Positions 41,592 to 56,476 of a DNA stretch of 64,000 nucleotides are shown one piece after another. Under the pieces are notes generated by a model. That model ran no database searches. It saw nothing but the letters and a program-made list of their open reading frames with translations, and had not been told where the DNA came from. The position numbers were made by a program, and so were the translations under genes. Numbering within the stretch: the stretch's first letter is position 1; every line of letters begins with the position of its first letter. Origin of the DNA: the human T2T-CHM13v2.0 reference genome, Homo sapiens. The stretch lies in assembly GCF_009914755.1 (NCBI RefSeq), contig NC_060945.1; one strand, written 5' to 3'.

Positions 41592-43063
41592 CCATCTTAT
41601 CTTGGAATTTTCATTGTTAGAATTTTTTTACTCTTAATTCAATTTATTTTGTAGATCCAGGGCTAGTCAGGCTGTCTAGGTATTTTTGAGTGAGCTCTCT
41701 TAGTTTGTGCCTGTTAAGAAATTTTTTCATTTAATCTGTGGTATTGCTGTAAGTGATCTCAGGGTCCAGCAACAATGGTTATATCAATCTGCTTGATCTG
41801 CAGACATATCAGAAATAGTGACAACCTGTCTTTCAACCATAGGAATAACATAAGCCATTGCTAGGGGCACCCTGGCCAGAAAGTAAGGCAAGTTCATTTA
41901 TATTGTCTTGGACATAAACTGAACCAAGAAGAGATGAAAGCAACAATGTCATATTTATTATTTCACCCTATTTTGTTTTGTTTCTATGTTAATAACTTCT
42001 GCCACAGCACTATACTTGTCCTTTTGTACAGTTCATGTGAATAAAATATTATCATGTATCTTTATTAAAAATATGTTAAAGAAACCAAACATCTTTTGAA
42101 TAACATGACTCTTCACAGCCTACAATTATAATACATGCTCCAGTTGAACAGGTGCCCTAGTTCTCTTCTCTTCATCATTTTGCATGGACATGCATGACCA
42201 CTTCCCTACCTGACTTGATCTCAGTGTCTTGCTTGGCAGTATGTTACTGAGGTGACAGAATGTGGTGACATGTTTTTCTCCTTGCACTTGTGAAGTTTGT
42301 CACTTGAGTGCTAGATGGACCACTTAACTGATGCAGGCTAGTAGACGTCCTCAATCTTTGTCAGTTTGCTTTTCAGTTTATAAACACTACAGATTCTTCT
42401 AAGAAGATTGAGAAATATTCAATTTCTCTTTTGTTTTCAAAACTTAGTATTCAAATCTCCATCTTGAAAATTGTCAAAGACGCACGTAATCTAGCAAAAA
42501 AGAAAAATTTATAGGGCTAGAGAGGGAGTCAGTAACAGAGTGAACTTCTGTGTTCCTTGCTTTTTGCTTGTGTGTTCATTCTAATTCAGCACTATAGCAT
42601 AACAGAAACAAAGTCTCATTGGGAACTGAGCAAAGCACAGACATATTTAACATAAGACATAAGAATAAGGTGTTACTAAACCTACCAAGTAAATAGTGTG
42701 AGAAACCACTGATTGTAATGTTTTATCTCTTACATTAATAGAGATGAGTTTTCATGTCTTAGAATGGAAACAACACTGAATTACAGCAAGTTATTTTAGC
42801 TCTTACATATGCCAGAGGCAGGACTGGATGGCTGCTGTAGGTCCTAACAATTGCAGAATTCTGTGACTTGAAGGTGAAAATCAAGTTCTTATAATTCAGT
42901 TTCCACAATGAGTTTCCATATGACTACATTGTTGTTTAGTTTTGTTTTTTGCTAGGTAGTCCTACACTGTAAAGTTGCAGTGAGATTCAAGAAGCACGTG
43001 ATCAATTGGTTAGACAGATATTGATAGTTAATAATGAAAATGTCAGCTATTTCTTGAAGAGAG

Positions 43064-43582
43064 TTTTAGTCAGGGTCCTCCAAAGAAACAGAACCAATAG
43101 GGTGTGTATGTGAGTGTGTGGGGGGGTGTGTGTGTGTGTGTAATATGTGTGTTTGTGTATGAAGAAAGAGAAATATTTATTTTAAGGAATTTGTTCATGC
43201 AACTGTGGGGGCTGACAACCCTAAAATCTGCAAATTAGGCCAGCAGGCTAGAGATTCAGGTAAGAGTTAGTAAGAGTTGATGACGCAGTCTTGAGTCTGA
43301 ATTCACAGTGCTGTAAGCGGGAAACTCAGGCAGTTTCTATGTTGCAGTCTTGAGAATCCCTTCTTTCTCAGGAAACCTCAGTCTTTATTCTTAGGGCCTT
43401 CAACAAATATGAGGAGGTATACCCCTATTATTTATGAAGGGCTATCTGCTTTCCTCAAAGTTTACTATTTTAAATGTTAGTCATATGTAAAAAATGCCTT
43501 TACAACAACATCTACACTGGCATTTGACAAACTACTGGCTACCATAGCCTTGCCAAGCTGACACGCTAAAGGTAACTATTGT
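43064..43582 (-). mobile_element. MLT2 (ERVL) LTR with internal (GT)n
   Basis: ttagtcagggtcctccaaagaaacagaaccaatagg...ttattttaaggaattt...gccaagctgacac. Confidence 0.85.
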
Positions 43583-46500
43583 GAGTGGTTATTCATTAAG
43601 GCTTTAATCAGTGTCATCAAATCAGGCATTAAAGTATTAGCAAACAGTTATTTCATCAGAAAGATGATTATTTGTCATTCTAGTATTTACTCTTTTTGCT
43701 GATTTATCATGTCTTCATTTTGTTTCAATAATGTTAATAATGTAGAACTTGTACATTAAAATATGTAGATATTTTAATATCATTCATCCAAGATTAAGCT
43801 ATATTTAAAATCACAAGCTTTAATATATCGACAGCACTAAAAAGGGACAAAAATAAGAAACTCTTAATTCATGTCTTTGAAAAGGTAAAACACCATCTGA
43901 GAAAGACATTAGTCTTATTTATATGGATTAGAAAAAAATATTAGAAAATATATACAAAACAGTGCTATTAAATGTAAGCTAAGTCACGAAATACTCTATA
44001 CCTCATCATAGTGGTGAGGCTCTGTCTAAATTCATTTACCAAAAAGTGCAAATTGGTTTTCTATAATTTTGATATATTTACTATAATAGTTTTGAGAACT
44101 CTTTACTTTGGAACATGTGGCTATAATCCATGTTATAGAAAACCACATTTGTTAAGATGTATTTGTTCACTTAAAGCTTTTGTGAATGGTGCTATAGTAT
44201 ATGAATTTAATTCACTGTACTTGTGAACATTAATATCTTGACTATGATGACACTGAACTAACAAAAGTTAACTCATTCTAGTGGTGTGAAACTCCAGAGG
44301 TTCTTTAGAGCTAGAAACATACCTAAAAGCATTCCTAGTTCTTTTTTTAAAAAAAAATCATGTAAAATGGATTAGAGGGCCTAATGCTTAATTTAGGAAC
44401 ACAATGAGGAATCTCAATTATAAAAAATAATAGTAGATAACATTTAAAAACATTTTATGCGCATTTAAAGCATTTAGCCAGGCATTGTGCTAAGCATTAT
44501 TCATGGCACATAAGTTATAGTATTTAACTCATAGTAAATCTGTAATAATTTGTATATCCTTCTTACAGATGAGCTACAATAGCAGAAATGATGTAGTGTG
44601 ATAGTTTTACTTGAGTCTCTACTCTTAACCTTTGCATGTACTGCCTCAGTAATACAAAAGATGGGAGACGATGGTTGGGTGGATGGAGAATGAAGGATTG
44701 AAGGCAGCAGGGTAAAGAATAAAGAAATATTAGATGAGCAAAGTGGGAAATACTAAAATATTTCGGGGTTAAATCATGTTTAAGATCTGTTTTGGCTCCA
44801 GTTTTTCAATTATGGTGAAAATAAATTTTAATTATATTGATATCTAAGCATGATTTATCCAATACCTGAGATCTACTACAGCTTTATGCCACCACCCTAG
44901 ACTTCAAGGATACAAAAAATATTCTATGTCCCCTTAAGGAAATGACAAAAACACTTCCACCCTGATATCTTAACCTTTTAGTATCTCAATTCAACTGAAC
45001 TCCAAAGAGCTGAACTTGAAAATCCACCTCAAAACATGCTTCCTCCCATGAAGCTTTTTCTACCTTTTCTCTAACAAATCCCACTGGTTCAAATATATTT
45101 GTCAATTTCATCACACATTCCTGAAAGTTGACCCTTCATATTATTTCATGTTAATTTCTAGTTTGGATGCCATAGGAAGGTAGACATGAAAATAAAAACT
45201 CTAAAAAGACAAGACCAGGACTATGAAAAATCAGAAAGTAAGCTCATAGAGGAGAAATCACAGACATGACACTAAGAAGTTGAGGAAGTTTAGTCCAAGA
45301 AAGCTTCCTGGATACAGAGAGATCAAAACAAAGGGATATAGAGCAACGTGGCAGCTAGATGGAAGGGTTGGAAAGTAGCAGAACCAACATGTGTCCAAAG
45401 GCCCTAGCAGGAATTGTACATATGTAGCCTCATTTAAGTCTCCAAAGAAATATGTGTTATTACCATTCACATTTTCTAGATGTTGAAACAGAGACCAACA
45501 AATCTTAATAACATAAGGTCACCTCTCATAAATGATAGAATTATGCTCAAGTTTAGGTTTGTCTTACTGCAGATTTCATTCATTTCATTCATTCACTTAT
45601 TCTATTTATTTCATTTACTCTTCTAAGTATGAGATTTTTAAACAGAATAGGTATTATTCATTTCGATCAGATGAGTTGATATATAAATGCATAAATAAAG
45701 GAAAAAATGAAGTTTATGAGTTCACAGCAGTCTAAGTTATTAATATAAAATCCTCTCTCAAATTATCCTAAATTCTGACTCTTCTAGGAGCCTGAAATAT
45801 ATTTCAAGATGGCAAGAACTGTATTCTAACTTTAGGTTGAATTTGGATTCTGCTTATTTGAGATAACACTTAGGTCTCAAGTAGAACAGCTAGCACAGAA
45901 GAAAGAACTTTTCTCAACACATTTCTTAAGTTATACTCTTTGATTTATCACACAAGGGATGGGGAAAAGCTAATCACTATTCAGACTTAAAAAATATATT
46001 TTTGTGGCTCCACGTTTGGATAGAGACCAAGAGAAGAAAATAAATTAAGTAGGAGAGCTAATTAAGAATGTAGCTATTGCAGTGATTTCAATATCTGGGC
46101 ACTTGCCTTTAATAGTCTCCAGAAGTGCTATACCTTACAGTTAAATGGCCTTCCCAAGCAGGACCAGTGGATTTTCATGCCAGAGGAAACTTACTAGAAG
46201 CATACAAGACACACAAAAATAAGTGAAAACAAAAACCCAATTTCTATGTTAACTTAAGAGGATGATTTTAAAGTAGTTGGAATATTTCTGTTTTGGGGAG
46301 ACACATTGGAAAAGAGAGGATCTAGAAAATATGAAACATAAACTGTATTCTAAGAAAGGAAGAGGCAGAGAGAGGAAAGAGGAGAGGAAGGGAGAAAATG
46401 AAAGGGGGAGAAGAGAGATAATTTCAGGAGTAACAACTTGCAGATTTCTAGCTGTAGCATAGGTCACTACTATATTAAAAAGCTTCAGCTAAGTTCTTGA

Positions 46501-46951
46501 AGATGGCTTTTGAAGACCTCATTTTTGGAAATGAATAGGCAGTTCATGAGTTAGAAAATCTAGAATCTCTTTAGTAATAAAGTTATGAAAAAATTTATGA
46601 GATTCTAGAAAGGCAACATGCTGCTCTTTAGACCTGTGTCCACAAATTGATTGGGAATAAGGTGAACTGACTTCTCCTGGAGGAGCAATTATGAGTGTGA
46701 CAGAAACCCAGCCCATAATCTGGGTCAAGGGAGGTCCCTCATCCACAGAGGCTGAAAACTGCAGAGTCCACAGCCCCATGCTCAAAGCCCTGTCCTCTGG
46801 ACAGGCTGATGAAAGGGTGTCCATAAGAGGGCACAGGATGGCTGCTAGGTTCTTTGCTGGCCAGGAGAAACATGGTAGACATTGGGTGAAGGAGGTCCCT
46901 GTGGCCACTCAATACCTGGGATGGGAGGAACTCACTTTGACAGATGGCGGG

Positions 46952-47390
46952 TATATTAGTCTGCTTGGGCTGCCATTACAAAGTACCACAAATTGAGTGA
47001 CTTAGTAGGAATGTGTTGTCTTACAGTCCTGGAGGCTGGAAGGCTGAGATGAAGGTATTGGCAGGTGAGTCCTTCTGAGGGGTGTGAGGAAAGCATCTGT
47101 TCTAGGCCTCTTTCTAGGATACTTCTCCCCAGATGGCCATCTCCCTAAATGGTCCTGAATGGTTTTCTCCCTGTGTCTCTTCACGTTATCTTCCCTCTGT
47201 GTGGGACTGTCTCTGTGTCTGTATTTCCCCTTTTTATGTGGACACTAGTCATACGAATGAAATGGGCCCACTTTCACTTGCCTGTCTCTATAAAGGCTCT
47301 ATCACCAAATAAGGTTATGTTCTGAGGTGCAGGGGGTTAGCACTTTAAAATACAAATCTCATGGGAGGACAAAATTCAACTCATATAACA
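46952..47390 (-). mobile_element. MLT1 (MaLR) LTR
   Basis: tatattagtctgcttgggctgccattacaaagtaccacaaa...ttctgagg...aattcaactc..aaca. Confidence 0.85.
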
Positions 47391-49731
47391 GGAGACAGGC
47401 CATCGCTAAAAGTTAAAAAAAAAATGCATACTATAGAATTTCAATTAGATATTGTTTCCTGACTGCAGTTTTCCTTGTATTTAATAAGGAATTCTAACAA
47501 ATTTTCTCCCAAGGAATGTTATATACCCTTGACCACTGGTATCGGGAGAAAACATCCTGGTATTCAGAGAGTACTTTGCAGTTTCATTAATTAGTTGTCT
47601 AATTAAAATAACATTGATTTGCCTCTGCAGATATGGCTGAATGTGTTTTATTCATGTACTTAAGAGAAACAGATCATTCATTTCTTATTTTAAGGATGAA
47701 GGTGGCTATTTCCATGGCCAACAATCACCATGCAACCTGGCAGGGCCCCCTGCCACCTCCCATTTCCTGCCATCTCATGGTGACCAGATGCCATGCCCTT
47801 TATGTCTGTTTTCTAAGGAATCAGACAGCAAAATCTCATAGTTCATCAAATGATAATCATATATTTTCTGTTGTCAACAAGTAAAAGTAATAAAGTTCAT
47901 GCTAAAAATACCTGTATTCATCTTTTTAATAAACATTACTGAAAGTCCATTGCCAGTCAATAATTGAGGAATAGACATTGTTCCTATCTTCCAGGTTCTT
48001 CCGGTCTGGTAAATTAAGATGGGGTATCGTACAAAGCTAGGGTGTCCTAAGGTAACAACAGACTAATAGCTCTGGAGGCCAGATATGTATGTATGGTTAT
48101 TAAAAAGTTTTATTAGGGCCATTGTTGCAAGTCATCTTGGAATTGTTTGCCATTTGAGAACATTCAATTAAAAAGGCATTATAATGCTGAGATTTTAAAA
48201 TGTAAATTAGAATCTGGAAAGTTTTCAATGATTTCTAGTCTAAAATTAAATAAAGCACCAAAAAAACGAATTAAATTTAGAACATTTTAAGAGAAATGAA
48301 TAAAAATACTCAACTACTTTTGGAAACAAACGTAGAGGAGAGTCAACTTTATTCAACCAATAAATAGAAAAGCAATGCTATTTAATTGATGGAACAAAAA
48401 AAAAACACTTCCTCAGTTTGAAATTATTCCCAGTTTAGAAGCCAAACCAAGAAAAGGAGTGCTTAAAATAAGTATAAAGAAAGGAAAAACATACAGAACA
48501 GAACAGAGATAAAGCAAAAAAAAAAAAAAAAAGATTAAAAAAAAGACAAATTAGAGAAGAAGGGTAAATGAAGAAGAAACACACCATAGGGACATGAAAC
48601 TAAATCGTAAAGTTAGGAGGTTGTTGATCACTGATTTATGAAAAGCTGACTGGTTCCATGAAGATTTAAAATAGTGCTCTCAATATTGTGTTGCAGGTGC
48701 TATGGTTTTATTTTGAAATAAGTATAGTGTTTGAAATTCCAAATTTCTCATTTAATCCTGAACATTTTGCTATTATGCCAAAGAATGACTTGAAGCACAA
48801 AAACGTATTTAAAACTATTTCCAGCAGTGGTTCTCAAATCTGATACCTCAGCATCACCTGGCAAGGGTTTGCTTTGTTATTTCAGCAGAGATTTACTAAC
48901 CAGCTGGCAGTACTCTGGATATTTATGTTTCAGTATCTCTATTTATCTATTTATATGATCCCAGTTCATTCTCACAATCACACAATGAGCAAAGCGAGGC
49001 AGTGCTGAAAAGGGCAGCATCAGAGTTTGCCCGCAAAGTGTTCTGACAGCAAAATGCATGCTGAGCTTCTACATTTCATTGTCCCACAATTGCAATGGCA
49101 GGCCCCCACCCTAGAACTACCCTCTGGGCTGGTGGGATTCTGACATCTACATTTTGAACAGCATTTCTTAAAATCATCAAGGTTGAAGATTCTAAGTGGT
49201 CAAATACACTGCATTCCACAATGACCTGAGATTACCTTCTTTGTCCCTTGATTTAAATCCCAAGTCTTTAAAAATAAATCAAATCCTGGAATGAGGGTAG
49301 GTGAAAAAGTTAATATCAAGGAAAATAATGAAAAAGAAAGAAGGAACTCTGTGTATAACACTTCTCCAGGAATAAGTAGTCTCAACTACATCCTAAAGCT
49401 CTTTAACCACCTTCATGAAAGCCTCAATCCACTTGGAATGGGACAGAAATTGCAAAGGAATACTCTCTGGGCACCAGCAATATTGCCACAACCAAATCTT
49501 AACATCATAGGATTTCAGCACTGAAATGGAAAGTGAACAAAGAAAGGTAAGCAGTTTACAGTACTAGTAAGGAAGAAAAGCAAAAGGTTTTTCAAACATT
49601 GGGGCTCTCTCCAGTTGTTACCAAGAGATACTGGGATATTTTACCTCTACCATGTCTGTGCCTCTAATCATCCACCCACCACAGAGCTCAGCCAACCAAG
49701 AAGGGCTAAGGGTCCTGTCTAGGACTCTTCA

Positions 49732-50115
<384 letters not shown>

Positions 50116-50448
50116 CTACTTCTAGCGCTCTGAAAATACAGAAACACCTTGCAATAAACTCCCCGTTTTGCTTCCTTTTTTCCTACTCTCCTATCCACAT
50201 CTTCCTTGTCCATATCTGTTTGTTTGTTTGTTTTCCCTTCAGGAATAAAGGGAGTTCATGAACAGAAATCTCACCCAATCCTATGATACCTTCCAGAGGT
50301 TAGATGAAGAAATGCTGAGTAAATATGGAGTTCCCTTCTGTATGCTGTTTTGTCATTTCTTCGATCTCCAGCAAAGACTTTAAACAGAAGGAAAGGAGGG
50401 AGACAGTGGTGACATCCAAAATAAGGTTGAGGCCAGACTTCTTCAAAG

Positions 50449-51199
50449 TGATATGGGAAGGGGGCAGGGAAGTGCTGGGTAGGGCCTGTGCCCTCAGACC
50501 AAAGTGAGGACAGGCACTCCTGTTTTCATGCCCAAATGTTGCATTTTCCAAGACCACCCTGGCTCACAATGTCCCCATCCTCTGCCTATAAAAACCCCGA
50601 GAACCTAGTGGGCAAATACACAGGCGGCTGGACGTCAAGCGGAACACACCAGCAGAACACACTGACAAATGCTGGCAGGCCATCAGCTGTGGAACACCAA
50701 GGGAAATTTGGCTGAGGGTTGTCAGAGGAGAGCCAAGCCTCTGAGCCACCCGACTCCAGGGCAAAACCACCTTCCCACTCCATCCCCCTTCTAGCTCCCC
50801 ACCCATCTGTTGAGAGCTGCTTACACCATTCAATAAAACCTTGCACTAATCCTCCAAGCCCACATGTGATCTGATTTTTCTGGTACACTAGGACAAGAAC
50901 CCTAAGATACAGAAAGTCTTTTGTCCTTGTGATAAGGCAGAGGGTCTAATTGAGCTGATTAACACAAGCCAGCTGCAGATAGCTAAGCTGAAAGAGTTGA
51001 CTATAACATATGCCCACTGGGGCTTTGGGAGCTGTAAACACTCAACCCTAGATGCTGCCATGGGGTCCAAGCCCACACTCCCCATGACCTGCTGGTCTGC
51101 ATGCTCCCTGCTAGGGGTTTGAGCTGTGGGGCACAGAAGAAGCGAGCCACACCCTATTACATGCCCTGCGAGGGGCATAAAGGAACTTTCCTCATTTCA
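50449..51199 (+). mobile_element. ERV1-class solo LTR (LTR1/LTR27/LTR28-like)
   Basis: TG...CA ends, flanks aaag/aaaa, TATAAA 50587-50592, AATAAA 50832-50837; homologous to the LTR at 3773-4592. Confidence 0.85.
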
Positions 51200-52699
51200 A
51201 AAATGGCAGAGAAGGAAGGGTGCTCACACACATGTCTTCTAGCATGTTCTCTTTTCCCCTTATCTCGCTTTTTTCCACTAGGCTAGGATTTGATTCCAGC
51301 TAGATAAAGGCCAGCCCATGGTTTGTATCTGATCCACTGTTGAGGCTTCCTACTTCTGAGTGAAAAAGCTTCCAAATCTATTAATAGATATAGCCAACTT
51401 TCACTCAGCTGCCAAATCAAAGAATGAACAAAGGCAAAATAGTTACCATTTAGATAGGCTTCTGAGACGCTTGATTTCATATAAGACATCTGCATGCCTA
51501 ACTTCCCTTTTCATTCTATCAACGTCTATCTATGGAGTGCCTACTATATGCTAGGGACTGTTTCTGTGCTACAGGCATATTCATCATGCCATTCATTTGA
51601 TTTCTAACTGAAGGCCCTTTTTCTTCTGCCTCCCAATTTCAGCTGTCATCACCTGTCAAAATCACTATTTGCTCTGGTATTTATGGTGAAAGGAGTCATT
51701 ACTAGTCATCATGAGACCATCTGTACAATGTCACTGGGTAGTGACATGGCCTCTGTTCAGACTCTAAGATGTTCCATCTTGCAGGATGGATATTAATGCC
51801 ACTAAATCCATCTTCAGCATTCTTGAATGAGAGCATTTGCAATAGCTATTACATCTTTGCAATAGCATGAAGACAGAAGACAGCATATTATTATCAAAGA
51901 CTGCACATTACAATCAAATTATAATACTACAAGCAGAAAATAGATTACCTTTCCTCTATTTTTAATGTACTTTATAAACTTGGACAGACAAGCCGTGTCC
52001 AGAGGGGGTTATGGTGGTCAGGCATGTAGCATGATTTCACAGGGCTATGAGGATCTCCTGTGGGCTCCTGGCTAGATGTTAACCTTTTAATTTAAGGGAG
52101 TAACTTCCAAAAATGGTGGTACATGAGAACCACGAATGAGGCAGCCTTAGGAGGAATTTAATCATCTGTTTTTTTATTTAAGTAATTAATTATTTTTTGG
52201 TTTATTTGTATGTCCTAAAATGACCCATTGTTCATTCTGTTGCATATTCAGAAGTTAGACAACACTGATTTAAGCATTTGCCCAGCATATAAAAACCAAC
52301 TCAAATTCTGCTGGCTTATAAAGTATTTGAAGTCAGAGGAGATCATTTCAAGCCACTACATGATGTAGGCAGCTCATAAATATAAGTGAGGTGGTTCAGT
52401 GGATTTGTGATTTGTTTGATGATTGATGCTTCATATTCTAATCCATCATCACAGACATGATGTATTTTCTTATTAAACATGAAAGAATATTTGTCAAGTG
52501 CACGAGAATATAGTTTTCAGAAATTTTCTTGAAACCCAAAGCTTCTTAATTCATCTCACATTCTCTCACTTATGATAGAGACATTAACCAACACAACAAA
52601 ATAATAGTGCAGGCTTGATGCGTAGTCACAACTGAAATTTGGCTGTAGAGCTGGGAGACAAGAGGGGTGGTTAGAGTTGTGGGGATGATAAGAAGCATG

Positions 52700-52880
52700 T
52701 CCCACATCCGTGGAGCAACTCTTCTTCAGTTCCAGCCAACTGTGAGTGAGAAAACCCAGGATCACCAGACTTTCAGAATTTTTAAAAAAGAAATCACAAA
52801 TCCAAATTTTTGTGAATTTTTGATTGTTGAATATTAGCAACTAATTTATAGTTGAATAAAATGCCCGGGGGGGCCTGCAC
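52700..52880. mobile_element. Probable hAT-Charlie relic (MER103-like)
   Basis: ttccagccaac...agaaatcacaaatccaaatttttgtgaa...tattagcaactaat. Confidence 0.4.
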
Positions 52881-54055
52881 TTGTGAGATGAATGAACCTA
52901 TGTGGGCTGGATTTGACAGAGGACCTGTGAGTTTATGGTCTATTATTTCAACTGGTACCATTCACCAGCCCATTAGTGCAGGGAAGGCAGGATATGCATG
53001 GGGAGGAGAAGGGCACTATTGCAAAGCGGGGAGGGAAGTCATAAGGGTAAGCCCTGATAAACACATTTGCTGACTTTGTTAATTTGATTATTTCCAGTTA
53101 ACAAAAAGTTACCCTTAGTTGTGATAGGATGGTTATCTTCAAAAAGTTCCTTGGAAAATGAGGATTTGAGAAAGAAATGGTCTTCACAGCATCTTGTGGG
53201 CTAGGACTTTTCTCGCAGCTGCCAAGAGCCTATAGACAGAAATTTAGATATTTAGAAGATCACAAGATAAAGTTGTTAAAAGTAGCTGTTTGATGTGGAG
53301 GAAGCTTCTTTGTCATTTTTTTTTTTTTTTACTTATGCAAGTTTTATCTAGTGAGTTCTAAAGAAAATTCCAATTAAACATACATTTACATTAAGAAAAA
53401 GTTGATACTTTCAGTATCTGTTGTATAATTACCTTTTTATTAAATAGATTTGCAATTCCATGACATTAGCCATGGCTTTATACTTCTTGAGCCCCTGACA
53501 TCACATATTTGGACTTTGGCATATATTCTGTCAGGGAATTTGTCTTGAATTTTTAGAAAACATATATCCAAAGAACATAATAAAGCTATCAGACATTTTC
53601 TTATTTTGTTTTCTGTTTTGATTTGGGATTAAACAGCAGCAAAGACAAGAAAAACACCAACAACACATACAGCAAAGTAATTACTAAAAGTGAGGCTGGA
53701 GCTCCAGAGAGACACATTGTCCTGACAGGTGTCCGAGGGAGACCTGGTGTTCCATGTAAGTCCCTGATGTCTTAGAGAGACTGTCATGAGCACATGCTCA
53801 GACATCTTGGGCAGGGCATGTTAGGCAGAGGCAGAGACAGATGTAACCTAATGAAGGGTAAGCTTGAGGGTACTTCTCTTGCCTGACATTTTCCAAAGCT
53901 CTGTTATCACTCCTGGGGAGACTGGGAGGAACCCGCTGCTCCAGCTATGCTGCTGTGGCCTAGGAGTCCCTCGTGGCATCCTCAGGCTGTGGGTGTATCC
54001 GGAGAGCTGCCTGCACTACTTCTAATATATCTAGTCCCCAGGGTCAACCTTATAA

Positions 54056-54378
<323 letters not shown>

Positions 54379-55855
54379 CATAGTTTTCCTTTTAAGAAGA
54401 AGGATTGGAACGAGGATACTGCTCTGCCACAAACTAGAAGACCCCTACAACCCTGGATCCACAGCTGTTTGCAGCCGATCCTCATGCAAATTGCCAACAG
54501 ATACAGGTGGGAGGTGAACCAGGGACATCTGGACAAGAGGTGCACAATCTCAGGCTTGAAGCACTGCTGAAATGAAATGACAGAGGGTGTTACAGCTGTG
54601 GCGTTGCTCACAACAAATGGCAATGTTAAAAAAAAAAACTTTTCTGTGTCATAAAAAATAATTCAAGTATTTTTGATGTACTATTTCTAAAAGAAACACC
54701 AAGTTTTACTTCCATTTGTTCTACAGAAAATCATGTGGACAAAACCATTGTCATGTGTAGAGATGATCAAAGACCGACTATGCAACCAAAAAATGTAGAA
54801 AAAGATTATAGATGAGGATGATGATAAAGGTATATTATTGTCTTGATTTTGTGACATCTTGGGTTTTGTTAACTATGGAAGTTTTTATTCTAAGTTAATA
54901 TCCATGTTTATATCTATTATTATATTCCTAATATTGTGTTTTTAATGAGGATCTCCAAATTATACTTTTCAACACCACAAAACCTAAATCCACCTCTTTA
55001 AAGAGGGCTGGGACAGAGTCACGAAAAACATAGAAGCTGGTGTTACCCCGCAAATGCTCAGAAGGCAGTCAACATTTTGAGGTGGGGGTTTAGAGGTGTT
55101 GTAGACAGGTAGGCTCCAGAACACTTACAAATATGAATGCATCATACAAAAGTCATCAAATAAGTTTATTTGAAAGCATTTTGATTTGCTTTTAGGATGG
55201 AGTCCTGAGCATCCTTCTGCTATTGTGACTACTCTGACTTGTTTCCTACCTCATCTCAGCAGTGTCTTCTACTTTCCTTTTTTTCACATGGGTCCTTATT
55301 GTTGTATTTGTATTTATTTATTTTTTGCTTTTGTTTTGATTTCTTTTTTCTAAATACTAATTTTTTAAAAAAATTTGTTCAAGATGATATCTATGTCTAG
55401 TTATCTCTCAATTCCTTTGGCTTACTTTTATATAGGCCCTCGAGACTGGACTTACAAGCACTGATTATAGTAAATAACAGATGGCAAACTATTTTGGAGA
55501 GTGTGAACAATAAGATTTCTGCCTCTAGGCCACTGACAAAAAAAGATGAATACATTGCTATCCCCACCCAAGACAGAAAGAATTTCCCAGCCAAAACAGG
55601 AGCAGATGTATAAATCATGGGCAGAGAAAATAAGAGGGGTTTTCCTGGACATAATGGAGTAGGGACTAATCACATACTGTCATAGCATTTGTAACATAAA
55701 TGCATTTCATTGACGCAGAGCTGTAAAAACAAAAGGAGTTCTTCCATAAATATAAGATGAAGGGTGTTAGTTAACTGCAATGACAAAGAAGATTACTAAG
55801 TTGCTTATATGAAATGTGGGAGCTTAAATGTGTGAAGGATGACCCTGTAAGGTGC

Positions 55856-55881
55856 CACACCCACGGCTGAACGTATATAAA
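55856..55881 (+). promoter_or_regulatory. KRTAP13-1 core promoter: CACACCC (55856-55862) + TATATAAA (55874-55881)
   Basis: Motifs ~77 nt upstream of ATG. Confidence 0.8.
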
Positions 55882-55957
55882 TGGTCCTGTCCAGATGTGG
55901 CATGCAAACTCAGAATCTTCTCAGTGTAACTCAGCTGAACTCACATCTCCCATCAAC

Positions 55958-56476
55958 ATGTCCTACAACTGCTGCTCTGGAAACTTCTCCTCCCGCTCCT
56001 GTGGTGGCTACCTGCACTACCCAGCCTCCTCCTGTGGCTTTTCCTACCCCAGCAACCAGGTCTACAGCACTGACCTCTGCTCTCCCAGCACGTGCCAGCT
56101 GGGTTCCTCTCTCTATAGGGGCTGTCAGCAGACCTGCTGGGAGCCCACCAGCTGCCAGACATCCTATGTGGAGTCCAGCCCCTGCCAGACCTCCTGCTAC
56201 CGTCCCAGAACCTCCTTGCTCTGCAGTCCCTGCCAGACAACTTACTCTGGGTCTCTAGGCTTTGGATCCAGCAGCTGCCGCTCCCTGGGCTATGGATCGA
56301 GGAGCTGCTACTCAGTGGGCTGTGGGTCCAGTGGCTTCAGATCCCTGGGTTATGGAGGCTGTGGCTTCCCTTCCCTGGGCTATGGCGTTGGATTCTGCCG
56401 CCCAACCTACTTGGCTTCTAGGAGCTGCCAGTCTTCTTGCTACAGACCAACTTGTGGATCAGGCTTCTACTATTGA
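55958..56476 (+). CDS. KRTAP13-1: Keratin-associated protein 13-1 (172 aa, high-sulfur, PMG family)
   Basis: ATG 55958; MSYNCCSGNFSSRSCGGYLHYPASSCGFSYP...RPTCGSGFYY*; intronless. Confidence 0.93.
   Translation: MSYNCCSGNFSSRSCGGYLHYPASSCGFSYPSNQVYSTDLCSPSTCQLGSSLYRGCQQTCWEPTSCQTSYVESSPCQTSCYRPRTSLLCSPCQTTYSGSLGFGSSSCRSLGYGSRSCYSVGCGSSGFRSLGYGGCGFPSLGYGVGFCRPTYLASRSCQSSCYRPTCGSGFYY

Larger units (their letters stand above)
37200..41740 (-). mobile_element. Old L1M (L1MB/MC-like) relic hosting nested Alu and MaLR insertions
   Basis: L1 minus-strand text continues across insertions (…ttttgtggacatatg | ttttcaattttcttaggtaaatacc…; cattgtggtttcaatttgcatttctctaatg). Confidence 0.7.

Noticed and set aside
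55440-55760. HOXC13-like TTTAT(A/G)/CATAAA motifs upstream of the KRTAP13 genes
   Set aside because: Biologically plausible, but too frequent by chance in AT-rich DNA to call without conservation or ChIP data
55881-55957. N-terminal extensions in the ORF track for KRTAP13-1 (from 55895), KRTAP13-2 (from 32146) and KRTAP23-1 (from 8635)
   Set aside because: These starts lie upstream of, or within ~15-20 nt of, the TATA box, so before the expected TSS; the conserved start is MSYNCC
55953-56240. 95-aa antisense ORF over KRTAP13-1
   Set aside because: Non-ATG start and a shadow of the GC-rich CDS; no promoter evidence
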